From Candidatus Collierbacteria bacterium GW2011_GWB2_45_17 (lineage in GTDB: Bacteria > Patescibacteriota > Microgenomatia > UBA1400 > MFAQ01), in NCBI GenBank assembly GCA_001001485.1, contig LCKO01000001.1:76517-140516 (forward strand): 64,000 nucleotides of DNA, in the 5' to 3' direction. The notes under the pieces were generated by a model that worked only from the letters and a program-made list of their open reading frames with translations, did no database searches and had not been told where the DNA came from. The first letter of the stretch is position 1. Every line of letters begins with the position of its first letter. The translations under genes were made by a program, and so were the position numbers. This document shows positions 41,841 to 52,141 of this stretch, in pieces.

Positions 41841-44204
41841 ATGGCAGGAAACGAAGCTAAAAAAGATATCTCTCAGACAAGTTTGATCCCCTTCATTGGT
41901 CTAAAGGAGGGTGTTATTTTTCCCGATACCGAAGCCGTCTTAACCTTCGGTAGACCAACTTCCATTACCGGTATACTCGAAGCCTTGACGAATGATCAAG
42001 TGGTTTGTTTTGTTTCTCAAATCGACCCCAAACTAGTTCCATCGAGTCTGTCTAACTACTATACGGTGGGTACCGTTTGTAAAATAATCAAAACTTTACC
42101 CGTTAACGAGGAGCTACACGCCATCGTCAGAGGTTTGTTTAGAGTCAAAATTAGGCAACTGGATCAACGGGACGATCGTACCTGGGCTGTGGTGGAAGTC
42201 ATCGATGAACCTCAGGACTCTTCCAACGAAATTCAAGCTTTGGCCAATCGTACTGTCGCTGAGATAAAAAGAGCTGCCGAACTTGGAAAAACCAACATCG
42301 AGCCAGGAGTCTTGACCAAAATAATTAGTTCTTTCGATCCCCTTTTGATCGCCAATCAAATTTCCGCCGTTATCAATATCAAAAATGAAGAAAAACAAAA
42401 ACTTTTGGAAGAAAATTCTCTTGAAATTAGGTTGAGATTTATTGAAAATCACCTAAATGAAGAGATAAAAATACTCGAGTTGGAAAAGAAGATTGAAAAT
42501 AAAACTCAGAAACGTTTTGACGAAAATATGAAAGAGGCTGTTCTTCGTGAGAGAATGCGCGCCATTCAAAAAGAGCTCGGAGAAGGCTCAGAAGAAGAGG
42601 AAATTTCAGAGTTGAAAAAGAAACTAAAAAAAACCAATTTACCTAAAGATATTCACACTAAAGTGGTCAAAGAAGTGGACAGACTAGCCAAGCTCTCCAT
42701 CCACAATCCGGAGGCATCATATCTTCGTGCTTGGATTGAGATCGTTCTGGAACTTCCCTGGGGGTTGTTCACCAAAAGTAGGTACTCTTTATCGAAAGCT
42801 GAAAAAATTCTGGATCGGGATCACTATGGTCTGGAAAAAGTTAAAGAAAGAATTCTGGAATACATCGCGGTTCTAAAACTGAAATCAGATCAAGTCAAGA
42901 ATACCAAGAAACGCATCGTCAACCCACCCACCATTCTTTGCTTTGTCGGCCCCCCTGGTGTTGGAAAAACTTCGGTTGGCCGGTCCATCGCCAAAGCCAT
43001 TGGTCGTAAATTTGTCAAAATGTCTCTTGGAGGAGTCAAAGACGAGGCTGAAATTCGTGGCCATCGTCGCACCTATGTTGGAGCCATGCCGGGTAGAGTA
43101 ATTCAGTCTATTAAAGACAGTGGTGTAAACAATCCGATTTTTATGTTGGATGAAATAGACAAAATCGGCGCTGATTTCCGAGGAGATCCCAGCTCGGCCC
43201 TTCTCGAAGCCTTGGATCCGGAACAAAACTACGCTTTTCAAGATCACTATCTTGACATTCCTTACGATCTTTCTCAAGTACTGTTTATTACTACAGCCAA
43301 CGTTCTCGATACTATCCCGTCGGCTTTGAGAGATCGTCTGGAAATTATCGAGTTCTCCGGTTACACCGAAGAAGAAAAGTTCAACATTGCCAAAAAATAT
43401 CTCATCAAAAAACAAGCAGAAATAAATGCCCTAAACCTTAAAGACATCCAGCTAAGTTCTCCCATGCTCCGTTATCTGGTAAGGTACTATACTCGAGAAG
43501 CCGGTGTTCGTAATTTGGAACGCCAAATTGCCTCTCTTATGCGCAAGGTCGCTAGGGTAAAAGCTTCAGGTAAAGAGCTTCCTATCACTATCAGCAAAGA
43601 AAAAATCCATAAGTATCTTGGCCCCATTATTTATAGCCACACTCTGGCCGAAGAAACTGACCAGATCGGTCTGGTTACCGGTATGGCTTACACCAAAGTC
43701 GGCGGCGACATTCTCTTTATCGAGGTGGCCATCATGCCCGGACAGGGGAAAATTACTCTTACCGGCCAACTTGGAGATGTCATGAAGGAGTCGGCCAAAG
43801 CGGCCTACTCTTATGTGCGTTCACACTGTGTCCAGCTGGGGATAAAACAAGAAAAAATCGCCAAATCGGATATTCATGTCCACGTTCCGGAAGGAGCTGT
43901 TCCCAAAGACGGTCCCAGTGCCGGTTTGGCCATAACTACTGCTATAATCTCCGCCTTTACTCACAGACCGGTCAAGAGAGACCTCTCCATGACCGGAGAA
44001 GTCACTCTTCGCGGTCGTGCTTTGGAGATTGGCGGAGTTAGAGAAAAGGTCGTTGCCGCTCATCGAGCCGGAATCAAACAAGTCATTCTTCCAAAAGATA
44101 ATGAAAGGAACCTGGTTGATCTTCCGGAGAAGGTGAAGCAGGATCTCAAGTTCCATTTTGTGAGAAACATGGACGAAGTTGTCAAGATCGTCTTCGGAAA
44201 ATAA
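41841..44204 (+). CDS. lon: ATP-dependent Lon protease
   Basis: Walker A 'GPPGVGKTS', 'LDEIDK' and protease motif 'PKDGPSAGLA'. Confidence 0.95.
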   Translation: MAGNEAKKDISQTSLIPFIGLKEGVIFPDTEAVLTFGRPTSITGILEALTNDQVVCFVSQIDPKLVPSSLSNYYTVGTVCKIIKTLPVNEELHAIVRGLFRVKIRQLDQRDDRTWAVVEVIDEPQDSSNEIQALANRTVAEIKRAAELGKTNIEPGVLTKIISSFDPLLIANQISAVINIKNEEKQKLLEENSLEIRLRFIENHLNEEIKILELEKKIENKTQKRFDENMKEAVLRERMRAIQKELGEGSEEEEISELKKKLKKTNLPKDIHTKVVKEVDRLAKLSIHNPEASYLRAWIEIVLELPWGLFTKSRYSLSKAEKILDRDHYGLEKVKERILEYIAVLKLKSDQVKNTKKRIVNPPTILCFVGPPGVGKTSVGRSIAKAIGRKFVKMSLGGVKDEAEIRGHRRTYVGAMPGRVIQSIKDSGVNNPIFMLDEIDKIGADFRGDPSSALLEALDPEQNYAFQDHYLDIPYDLSQVLFITTANVLDTIPSALRDRLEIIEFSGYTEEEKFNIAKKYLIKKQAEINALNLKDIQLSSPMLRYLVRYYTREAGVRNLERQIASLMRKVARVKASGKELPITISKEKIHKYLGPIIYSHTLAEETDQIGLVTGMAYTKVGGDILFIEVAIMPGQGKITLTGQLGDVMKESAKAAYSYVRSHCVQLGIKQEKIAKSDIHVHVPEGAVPKDGPSAGLAITTAIISAFTHRPVKRDLSMTGEVTLRGRALEIGGVREKVVAAHRAGIKQVILPKDNERNLVDLPEKVKQDLKFHFVRNMDEVVKIVFGK

Positions 44205-44856
44205 TCCAAATTCCAACACCTACGGCCGCCACTCCGAAAATAATCGCCATTGGCACACCGCCTACTCGCCAGATTATTTCCCCAGGTCTTATCCCCTCCA
44301 GAAAAATTCTTATTACTCCATAGCCGATTAGGTAGACTCCTGCAAGATAACCGGATCTTGACTTTTTTTTGGCGCTTTTCCACAGTAATCCAAACAAAAT
44401 TAAATTCAAGACCGCTTCATAAGCAAAAAGTGGTTCGCCATTTTTTCCAAAAAGTTCTCCATTCACTCGGTTCCCCACTCGGCCTATTGCCTGCGCCAAG
44501 GGTACTCCTACTATCAGATCATCTAGAGTTTTCAAAAAATTCAGTTTCTTAGTTAAGCCATAAATATAAAGGGCCATCACTCCTCCTACTATCGCTCCCC
44601 AAATCCCCAAACCACCCTCCCAGACATAAAAAATCTTTAGTGGATTATAGGTGTAATATCTAGACCAAAAATCGATGACATGATACAGTCTGGCGCCCAC
44701 GATCCCTCCAAGCACCACCCAAGGAAAAGCTTTTTCTAAAAGTTTCTTTTCAGCCTGAGTCTTTTTGCGCGCCAGAGCTATTTCAATTGCCGCCCAAACC
44801 CCAACACCAATCAGGAGTCCATAGAGATATATCTTGAGTCCAAAAATCTCAAACAC
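44182..44856 (-). CDS. lgt: Prolipoprotein diacylglyceryl transferase
   Basis: 'GARLYHV', 'GGLGIWGAI' and 'GRVGNRVNGELFG'. Confidence 0.85.
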   Translation of the reverse strand: MFEIFGLKIYLYGLLIGVGVWAAIEIALARKKTQAEKKLLEKAFPWVVLGGIVGARLYHVIDFWSRYYTYNPLKIFYVWEGGLGIWGAIVGGVMALYIYGLTKKLNFLKTLDDLIVGVPLAQAIGRVGNRVNGELFGKNGEPLFAYEAVLNLILFGLLWKSAKKKSRSGYLAGVYLIGYGVIRIFLEGIRPGEIIWRVGGVPMAIIFGVAAVGVGIWIIFRRRS

Positions 44857-46087
44857 TTTGTAGATTTTTTACAAACTGTTCCACGCTCATCATCTTTGGC
44901 TCATCACTTTGTCTGGCTTTCACTTCGATTTCGTTGGTGGCCAAACTTCTTTCCGATACCACTACTCTCCATGGACAACCAATCAAGTCGGCAGAGGTGA
45001 ACTTTCCTCCGACATTGATATCACGATCATCCCATAAAACTTCAATACCTTTGGCTTTCAGAACTTCGTATATTTCTTGAGCCTTTTCGTTTTGTTGGAT
45101 ATCGATTAGGTGGACATCGAAAGGAGCTACGCCCAAAGGCCAAATAATTCCCTTATCATCATGAAATTTTTCCACAATTACCCCCATAGTCCTACTAATA
45201 CCAATGCCATAACAGCCCATTATCGGATATACCTGTTCTCCGGTATTGGTTGCCACTTTAAGATCAAAGGCCTTTGAGTATTTTTGGCCCAAGTCAAACA
45301 CATTTCCCACTTCCGCCGCCACCGAAGGTTTTAGGGTAGATTCTCCACATTTGGAGCATTTATCTCCTTGTTTGATAGTACTAAAATCGTCAACGTTTAC
45401 ACAAAACTCACAAGAGTCACAGTACAAGATGTTTACCTCACCGGCCTCCGTCAACACTTCAAATTCATAAGAAACCTTTTCGGTAAATGCTCCACCGGAA
45501 GCCTCCGTTACTTTTGCCTCAAGTCCCATCCGCGCAAAAACTTTGAGATACGCCTTTTTAGCTATTTCATAAAACTTATCAAAATCAGCTTGGTCAAGGT
45601 GAAAAGAATACATGTCTTTCATCAAAAATTCTCTACCTCTTAGTATTCCCGACCTCGATCTAAGTTCGTCTCGAAACTTCCATTGAATGTGGTACGGCAT
45701 TCTGGGCAGATCTCGATAAGACTTGACAAATTCGCGCATCAGAGGTGTTACCACTTCTTCCTGAGACTGTCCCAAAGCATAGTCTCTATCGGTTCGACTT
45801 TTTAATTTAAACAAAACTCCAATGTTGTCCCATCCTCCTGATTTTTTCCAAATCTCGGCCGGGTGGAGCATGGGCATGAGAACTTCTTCTCCGCCAATAG
45901 CATCCATTTCTTCACGCACAATTTTTTCAATCTTTCTCAGCACTCTTAAACCGAAAGGTAAATAGGTGTAAACTCCCGCCATTAGTTGTCTAACAAAGCC
46001 TGCCTGAACCAATAATTTGTGGTTAATTGTTTCGGCATCTTTAGGGGCTTGTTTTTCTGGCTTCACGCTCATCTTGCTCATCTTCAT
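44849..46087 (-). CDS. proS: Prolyl-tRNA synthetase (short form without the large editing insertion)
   Basis: 'AGFVRQLMAGVYTYLPFGLRVLRKIEKIVREEM' and class II motifs. I chose the start at the Met cluster 'MKMSKMS' (46087) to avoid overlap with the divergent gene. Confidence 0.85.
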   Translation of the reverse strand: MKMSKMSVKPEKQAPKDAETINHKLLVQAGFVRQLMAGVYTYLPFGLRVLRKIEKIVREEMDAIGGEEVLMPMLHPAEIWKKSGGWDNIGVLFKLKSRTDRDYALGQSQEEVVTPLMREFVKSYRDLPRMPYHIQWKFRDELRSRSGILRGREFLMKDMYSFHLDQADFDKFYEIAKKAYLKVFARMGLEAKVTEASGGAFTEKVSYEFEVLTEAGEVNILYCDSCEFCVNVDDFSTIKQGDKCSKCGESTLKPSVAAEVGNVFDLGQKYSKAFDLKVATNTGEQVYPIMGCYGIGISRTMGVIVEKFHDDKGIIWPLGVAPFDVHLIDIQQNEKAQEIYEVLKAKGIEVLWDDRDINVGGKFTSADLIGCPWRVVVSERSLATNEIEVKARQSDEPKMMSVEQFVKNLQSV

Positions 46088-46118
46088 ACCGTTATTATAC
46101 CTGCTAATATTATGAGTA

Positions 46119-46967
46119 GTGATTACTCTCAGTCCCCTTACTATTACCAAGGCATCGGGTGAATCAGAACATTTCGACGAGTCAAAACTGATCAAGTCTC
46201 TAACCGCTTCAGGTATTTCTGCGGCAGTCTCTACACATACGGTCGATTATCTAAAAGATCATCTCAGAACCGGCATCACCACCAAAGACATTCACGAACA
46301 TGTTTCGACCTATCTAAAGGAAAATGCTCCTATAACCAGCTACTACAACTACGGTCTCAAACGGGCCATTATGGAACTCGGGCCATCAGGCCACCCCTTC
46401 GAAATTATTGTCTCAGATATCTTAAACGGTTACGATTACAAAACCGAAGTTGGTGTTATAGTCCTCGGTAAATGCGTCACTCATGAGGTAGATGTGGTAG
46501 CCAAAAAAGGCCACAAACAATTTTTTATCGAGTGTAAGTTTCATAACGGCTCTGGAGTCAAAACCGATATTCAAGTAGCTCTCTATACCTACGCCAGATA
46601 CTTGGATATAAACTCGGCTATGCAACAAAGTCATGGGACAGATATTTCCTACTATCCGTGGTTAGTTACCAATACCAAAGTCACCTCCGAAGTCTTTGAC
46701 TATGCCACCTGTGTCGGTTTAGAGCTCACCTCCTGGCTTCACCCTCAAGGTCACGGTTTGGCTGATCTTATCGTGGCCACCGGTCTACACCCCGTTACCT
46801 TGATTTACCATCTTCCCAGATTCAAACTTCATCGACTTTTCGAGCGTAAAATAGTTTCTTGTGCCAGACTAAAAACAGCTATTGAAACCGATTCGGTTTC
46901 GGACATACTCACTCGTGAAGAAATATCTAGATCTCTGGAAGATATAAAAGTTATTTGCAAAGTATAG
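46119..46967 (+). CDS. ATP-cone domain protein fused to a PD-(D/E)xK nuclease-like domain
   Basis: The N-terminal 'ITKASGESEHFDESKLIKSL..SG' is ATP-cone-like. 'HEVDVVAKKGHKQFFIECKFH' fits a D..E.K pattern. GTG start. Confidence 0.55.
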   Translation: MITLSPLTITKASGESEHFDESKLIKSLTASGISAAVSTHTVDYLKDHLRTGITTKDIHEHVSTYLKENAPITSYYNYGLKRAIMELGPSGHPFEIIVSDILNGYDYKTEVGVIVLGKCVTHEVDVVAKKGHKQFFIECKFHNGSGVKTDIQVALYTYARYLDINSAMQQSHGTDISYYPWLVTNTKVTSEVFDYATCVGLELTSWLHPQGHGLADLIVATGLHPVTLIYHLPRFKLHRLFERKIVSCARLKTAIETDSVSDILTREEISRSLEDIKVICKV

Positions 46968-46974
46968 TAATATT

Positions 46975-47343
46975 ATGAACAATATTTTTATACGTATACT
47001 CCTTATTAGTCTCGCCTTGTTTGGGGTGTACAAAATATTTCCTCAAATTTCCGAACCGGTTGATTATTATTTAAAGAATCCTCAATTTCAAGCCTCGGTC
47101 GTCGTTCCGGTCATCAAAGGCGCCAACAAAATACTTCCAGACAAGCTACAACTGCCTTCCATAAAAGTCATGGGGGTAAACACCGGGTACACAGATGAGC
47201 CACCCCTGAAAACCTTGACCGATGAGATCAGCAAGCAAGCCGCCAGTGTAGCCGCCGGTCTAGTGGAGAAATCATCAAAAGCCGTTTCGGATCAGTTTTG
47301 TAACGCTCTCCTGGAAAAAATCAAGACCGAGTGCGGCCAATAA
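46975..47343 (+). CDS. Hypothetical secreted protein
   Basis: N-terminal TM helix; ORF only. Confidence 0.45.
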   Translation: MNNIFIRILLISLALFGVYKIFPQISEPVDYYLKNPQFQASVVVPVIKGANKILPDKLQLPSIKVMGVNTGYTDEPPLKTLTDEISKQAASVAAGLVEKSSKAVSDQFCNALLEKIKTECGQ

Positions 47344-47392
47344 AATTTTACACCTCATCTTGAGTTCTTGATTCCTTGAGTTCTGGAGTTCT

Positions 47393-47689
47393 TTATCCTA
47401 TCGTCACCCCAATCATATCCAACTTTGGTAGGTATCTTTTAATTTCCCCCCTAAATTTTTCTGCCAAATTTGCCGAATAAGTTGCGTTCTGAGTGTTTTC
47501 CATGTGTCCACACAGTCTATTTTCATACTCGTGGACAATCTCCATAATCTTTACTCCTTCAGCGTTAAAATCGTTCTGAAACTTTCTTGGATCAGTTTCG
47601 TACTTATCATGAAGTTCTTGAAAAGCATCAAACTCCTTCTCATACTTGCTCACCATTTCGTCAAACATTTCTTTGAATTTTGCCGCCAT
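47393..47689 (-). CDS. Hypothetical helical protein
   Basis: Start taken at the internal Met 'MAAKFKEMF'. The longer 47797 start would overlap the divergent kinase gene. Confidence 0.4.
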   Translation of the reverse strand: MAAKFKEMFDEMVSKYEKEFDAFQELHDKYETDPRKFQNDFNAEGVKIMEIVHEYENRLCGHMENTQNATYSANLAEKFRGEIKRYLPKLDMIGVTIG

Positions 47690-47735
47690 GAAAACAATAG
47701 TACCAAAAATGTTCCAAAAAATGTACACTTGATTT

Positions 47736-48344
47736 ATGAAAAGGACAGTCATTTGTTTAGTCGGTTCCATGGTTTCCGGAAAAGGTGATGTTGGCAAACA
47801 CCTAGAAAGGGAACTTGGTTTTACTTACGAAAGTCTTTCTGATCGAGTAAGGGAAGAAGTTGATGCCAGGGGAGTGGAGAGACTTAGGGAGAACCTCATG
47901 GATATTGGAAACGATCTCCGTGAAACTAACGGTAATGCTGTCTTAGCCGAAAGAACCTTTGAGTTACTAAGAAATACCACTGGAGATATTGTTATTGACG
48001 CCGTGAGGAATCCCGGAGAAATCGAATTTTTAAGACGGGAGTTGGGAGCTCTAGTCTTTGGCATAGACGCCCCACAAGGAAAAAGACTCGAATGGTACTT
48101 AGCTAGAGCAGAGGTAAGAGGTGAAGATAGAGCCACTCCGGAAGATTTTTATAGAGCTGACAGTCGGGACTACGGCGTGGGCGAAGCAGACTCTGGTCAA
48201 CAAGTTGGCCGTTGTTTGGAGTTGGCCGATTGCATCATCTTCAACGACGGTTCAAAGAAACAACTTTTCGAAAAGGCTGAGTACTATCTGATTTTGAATG
48301 GTTTTAGTCCTGAGGGTGCTAGAAGATCCCAAGAAATAAAATAA
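47736..48344 (+). CDS. P-loop nucleotide kinase-like protein (CoaE/dNMP-kinase-like)
   Basis: Variant Walker A 'LVGSMVSGKGDV'. The size and layout match small nucleotide kinases. Confidence 0.5.
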   Translation: MKRTVICLVGSMVSGKGDVGKHLERELGFTYESLSDRVREEVDARGVERLRENLMDIGNDLRETNGNAVLAERTFELLRNTTGDIVIDAVRNPGEIEFLRRELGALVFGIDAPQGKRLEWYLARAEVRGEDRATPEDFYRADSRDYGVGEADSGQQVGRCLELADCIIFNDGSKKQLFEKAEYYLILNGFSPEGARRSQEIK

Positions 48345-48347
48345 AAT

Positions 48348-48363
48348 CCCCGCCTAAGCGGGG
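48348..48363. terminator. Hairpin between convergent genes
   Basis: CCCCGC-CTAA-GCGGGG, with A-rich sequence upstream and T-rich sequence downstream. Confidence 0.6.
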
Positions 48364-48369
48364 TTTCTG

Positions 48370-48687
48370 TTACAAGATTTCAGTTTCTACTTCTTCAAAA
48401 ATGGTACAGGTAATAGCCGTGGCAACGGATACACCCTTGAGGGAATCTCCGAAATGAAATGCCACCGCAACGACGATGTTATTCCGGATTACTTCCACGT
48501 CGTCCGTTTCTATATACCCGGCCAAGGTTAAGTTCAGACACACCTTATTTGAAGTCATCTTACTTACTCTGACCTCAACTTTTGGTTTGAAAACTTTTTG
48601 TATTGCCCGGCACAGTTTGAACTCCAGATCATCGTTATTGGTTTTTGCCAATAAAGCCTTCGGCAAAATCACCGTCAAATCGTTCAT
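48370..48687 (-). CDS. Hypothetical protein
   Basis: ORF only. Confidence 0.4.
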   Translation of the reverse strand: MNDLTVILPKALLAKTNNDDLEFKLCRAIQKVFKPKVEVRVSKMTSNKVCLNLTLAGYIETDDVEVIRNNIVVAVAFHFGDSLKGVSVATAITCTIFEEVETEIL

Positions 48688-48710
48688 TTATACCTCCGAT
48701 TTAGATTTTT

Positions 48711-49481
48711 TCAAGAACTCCTGTATTCTACACCCTTATTAGGGGTCTTTTCTTGCCTAACCTTCTCAAACAGCACCAAAGCCGTGGCTACACTCACGTT
48801 CAGCGAGGCTACTTCCTGGTTCATAGGGATATGGACAAACAAGTCGCACTCAGCCTGTAGAGGCTTGGAGATTCCCTCAGCCTCACCGCCCATCAAAAAA
48901 GCCATCGGCCCTACGAGTTTAGTCTCATATATCGGTTTACCCATGCCTACCTCTACCCCTATAACCGGTACGGCATATTTATGAAGCAGATTCATGGCTT
49001 GAAAAAGACTCATGGGGATCAGTGGTACATAGGCCGCCGCTCCCATCGAGATCTTGGCTACCACCGGTGTTATTTGATGAACACCGTTGGGTGAGGCTAC
49101 CACCGCGTCCACTCCAGCCGCCCAAGTGGTTCTCATAATGGCGCCCAGATTTTGCTCGTAGTCTATGTGATTAAGCAGTAGTATAAAGACGTCTCTTTTG
49201 AGCCTAAGAATTTGTTCGAGGGACTTTGTCTCTGGCGCCTCCATCATGGCGATTATTCCTTGGGCATTTTTTGACTCAGACATCTTTTCTAGTTCTTCTG
49301 ATCTAATTATTTGAACTTTTATACCTTTATTTCTAGCCAGCTTCTCAATCTCATTTATTTTTAAGTCCTTCAGCGACCCTGAACCGATCATGAGAGCCGT
49401 AATTCTTTGGTCGGAAGTCAGGGCATCCCGCACCATATTTCTGCCCTCCAGTGTAATAAAATCAGCTTGTTTCGCCATCAT
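48711..49481 (-). CDS. TrmH/SpoU-family RNA 2'-O-methyltransferase (RlmB-like)
   Basis: 'NLGAIMRT', 'FLMGGEAEGIS' and 'IPM...VASLNVSVA'. Confidence 0.8.
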   Translation of the reverse strand: MMAKQADFITLEGRNMVRDALTSDQRITALMIGSGSLKDLKINEIEKLARNKGIKVQIIRSEELEKMSESKNAQGIIAMMEAPETKSLEQILRLKRDVFILLLNHIDYEQNLGAIMRTTWAAGVDAVVASPNGVHQITPVVAKISMGAAAYVPLIPMSLFQAMNLLHKYAVPVIGVEVGMGKPIYETKLVGPMAFLMGGEAEGISKPLQAECDLFVHIPMNQEVASLNVSVATALVLFEKVRQEKTPNKGVEYRSS

Positions 49482-49659
49482 CCAATTTTACCTCATCTAA
49501 AAAACCCACCTCTGTGACGGGTTCGGAAAAATACTTGTCGACCACAAAAGCTACTTGCTTTCCCACTTTGGGAATATATGCCGATATTTGCACCAGAGCT
49601 TCGATCATGTCGGAAACACCAAAATCGGAAGCCAACTCGGCTATCTCTATAATCAAGTT

Positions 49660-50205
49660 ATGGAAAAAGAATTAACCCAAAAAACCTACTACGTTTTTCT
49701 AGGACGTTTTTGCCCTTTTCATCTAGGTCATCAGAAAACTATCAATGCCATGATTGTGAGACATGGAATAGACAATATTATCGTTATGATCGGTTCTTCA
49801 AATGCCTATAATTCAAGAACCCCATATACTTATGAAGATAGAAAAGCCATGATAAAAGCCGTCTATCCAGGTATCTTAGTAATTCCAATTCCGGACTCCA
49901 ACCCTTCTTTGATCCATTTCGACGGCACAGGCAACAGCCTTTGGCTAGCAGGTATCAAAAAGATTGAGTCTGAAATGAAAGCCCACTTCATTTTTTATGG
50001 TGGTTCAGTGGAGGATCTTGAAGTTCTTTCTCAAAGCTTTGAAACAGCCATTCTAGTCGAGCGAGATCAGCCTGAAAACGGGATTTCCGCCACTCGTGTT
50101 CGCCAAGCACTGGATACAGGAGACGAGGTCACTCTTGGATTGCTACTCGACCCCAAAGTCCTACCACTTACCATTTCTGGCTTCACCAGGTTCAAAAGCA
50201 CCTAG
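49660..50205 (+). CDS. Nicotinamide/nicotinate mononucleotide adenylyltransferase (NadM-like cytidylyltransferase fold)
   Basis: 'GRFCPFHLGHQ' ((H/T)xGH motif) and 'ISATRVR' (ISxTxxR). I chose the ATG at 49660. Lies upstream of nadE. Confidence 0.7.
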   Translation: MEKELTQKTYYVFLGRFCPFHLGHQKTINAMIVRHGIDNIIVMIGSSNAYNSRTPYTYEDRKAMIKAVYPGILVIPIPDSNPSLIHFDGTGNSLWLAGIKKIESEMKAHFIFYGGSVEDLEVLSQSFETAILVERDQPENGISATRVRQALDTGDEVTLGLLLDPKVLPLTISGFTRFKST

Positions 50206-50237
50206 CTAGTTAGTGTACTTTATACTATAATTAAATT

Positions 50238-52091
50238 ATGAAAACAAAACTTAAAGTTGCTCTAGCTCAATTAGATGTTCAAGCTGGGCACCCGGATATA
50301 AATGTTCGCAAAATTCTCTCAGAGATCAGTAAGGCTAAAGATAGAGGTGTCGACATCGTTATCTTCTCTGAACTGGTCGTTTCCGGTTATCTTCTGTGCG
50401 ACGAATGGGAAAACGACAGCTTCATAAAAGATCTCACCGATTACAACGAAGATATCAGAAAAGCTAGTCAAGGCATCGCCGTAATTTGGGGAAATGTCTA
50501 CGCCGACTGGGACAAAAAAGGTGAAGATGGTAGAACCAGAAAATACAACGCAGCCTTTATTGCCCAGAATGGGCAGTGGGTCAGTAATGGATTGTTTAGT
50601 GGTCACACCTTTAAGACTTTAATGCCTAAGTATCGTGAGTTCGATGATGAAAGACATTTTTATTCTTTAACTAAATTATCTATTGAAAAAGGTGTTCCCC
50701 TAGAAAGTCTCCTCCAGCCATTTCCTCTGGATATTAAAGGTGAGACAGTCAAGCTCGGTGCCATCATGTGCGAGGACATGTGGTCTGATGACTACTTAGT
50801 CAGCCCAACACACTTTCTAGTGAACAACGGCGCCGAAATTATTGCCAATCTTTCTTGTTCTCCCTGGACTTGGAGAAAAAATGACAAACGCCATCGGGTC
50901 GTAAGGTCATTACTCAAAAAAGATCCGGTACCTTTTATCTACTGCAACAACGTCGGTACTCAAAATAACGGCAAAACTATTTTTCTCTTCGATGGTAACT
51001 CAACTATTTACAATTCCGAAGGTACTTTACAAGCCGTCGCCACAGACTATTTGGAGGAAACACTCGATGTCGTCATCGATGAAAAGAACCCTTCTTCGAT
51101 TAGTCCGATAATTCTCTCAGACAAACAGGACATTACCGAGCTATATAACGGTTTAGTCTACGGTCTTTCTCACTTCTTTTCTTCACTTTCCCAAAAAAAA
51201 GTGGTCATTGGTCTCAGTGGAGGAGTGGATAGTGCTGTTGTCGCCTACCTTTTAGCCGACTCACTTGGAAAAGAAAATGTTTACGGCATCAACATGCCCT
51301 CAAAGTTCAACTCAGCTCTTACCAAAAACTCCGCCGAACTCTTAGCCAAAAATTTGGGGATTCATTATCTTATTTTTCCCATTCAGTCTTCAGTCGATCT
51401 TACCGTCAAACAGCTTCTGGAAAAATCATTACCGGTAACTACTCTGACTATCGAAAATATTCAGGCTCGAGATCGTAGCAGTCGACTTTTGGCAGCCATA
51501 TCAAGTAGTCTCGAAGCAGTTTTCGTCAATAATGGTAACAAGACTGAGACAGCGCTAGGTTACTGTACTTTGTACGGAGATGTCGACGGCGCTATCGCTC
51601 CAATAGCCGATATTTACAAGAGTGAGATTTATCAATTAGCTAGCTTCATTAATGAGAAGGAAAGCAAGGAAATCATTCCCCAGTCGATTCTGGATGTCGT
51701 TCCTTCAGCCGAGCTAAGCGCCGATCAGGATGTAACTAAGGGAAAGGGAGATCCAATTCTCTATCCCTATCATGACAAACTTCTCCGTTCGTTTATTGAA
51801 TTTCGCTTCGATCCTGAGCACGTTCTAGAGTTATACCTCAACGGCACTCTGGAAAAGGAGCTAAAAATTGAACAGGGATTGGTCAAGAAGTACTTTCCTT
51901 CAGACCAAGGGTTTATTGCCGATCTGGAACACAAGTGGGAACTTTTTAAATCCAATATTTTTAAAAGGATCCAAGCTCCGCCCATTATTGCCGTCAGCCG
52001 CCGGGCTTTTGGCTTTGATCTGCGCGAAGCCCAAAATGGAGTTAACTTCACCCGAGGCTACCAAAAACTCAAAATAAGTATCCTGTCTTGA
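50238..52091 (+). CDS. nadE: Glutamine-dependent NAD+ synthetase (CN-hydrolase + PP-loop synthetase)
   Basis: N-terminal nitrilase-like domain ('FSELVVSGY', 'CEDMW') and PP-loop 'GLSGGVDSAV'. Confidence 0.85.
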   Translation: MKTKLKVALAQLDVQAGHPDINVRKILSEISKAKDRGVDIVIFSELVVSGYLLCDEWENDSFIKDLTDYNEDIRKASQGIAVIWGNVYADWDKKGEDGRTRKYNAAFIAQNGQWVSNGLFSGHTFKTLMPKYREFDDERHFYSLTKLSIEKGVPLESLLQPFPLDIKGETVKLGAIMCEDMWSDDYLVSPTHFLVNNGAEIIANLSCSPWTWRKNDKRHRVVRSLLKKDPVPFIYCNNVGTQNNGKTIFLFDGNSTIYNSEGTLQAVATDYLEETLDVVIDEKNPSSISPIILSDKQDITELYNGLVYGLSHFFSSLSQKKVVIGLSGGVDSAVVAYLLADSLGKENVYGINMPSKFNSALTKNSAELLAKNLGIHYLIFPIQSSVDLTVKQLLEKSLPVTTLTIENIQARDRSSRLLAAISSSLEAVFVNNGNKTETALGYCTLYGDVDGAIAPIADIYKSEIYQLASFINEKESKEIIPQSILDVVPSAELSADQDVTKGKGDPILYPYHDKLLRSFIEFRFDPEHVLELYLNGTLEKELKIEQGLVKKYFPSDQGFIADLEHKWELFKSNIFKRIQAPPIIAVSRRAFGFDLREAQNGVNFTRGYQKLKISILS

Positions 52092-52121
52092 CAAACCCTA
52101 TAATATTATGGTATCTTACTC

Positions 52122-52136
52122 TTGCCAATTTGGCAA
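52122..52136. promoter_or_regulatory. 15-bp palindrome, possible operator
   Basis: TTGCCAA-T-TTGGCAA, lying between a TTGACA box (52088-52093) and the small ORF at 52142. Confidence 0.35.
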
Positions 52137-52141
52137 ACAAC

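Noticed and set aside
49462-49656. 64-aa ORF on the - strand upstream of the TrmH-family gene
   Set aside because: It may be real, since it overlaps the TrmH start by 20 nt in an operon-like way. It has no motif support and overlaps the divergent NadM promoter region, so I did not list it as a feature.
52088-52104. TTGACA and TATAAT boxes as a canonical promoter pair for the small ORF
   Set aside because: The two hexamers are only 5 nt apart, so they cannot act as one promoter. At best TTGACA pairs with a weak downstream -10 (TATCTT, 18-nt spacing).
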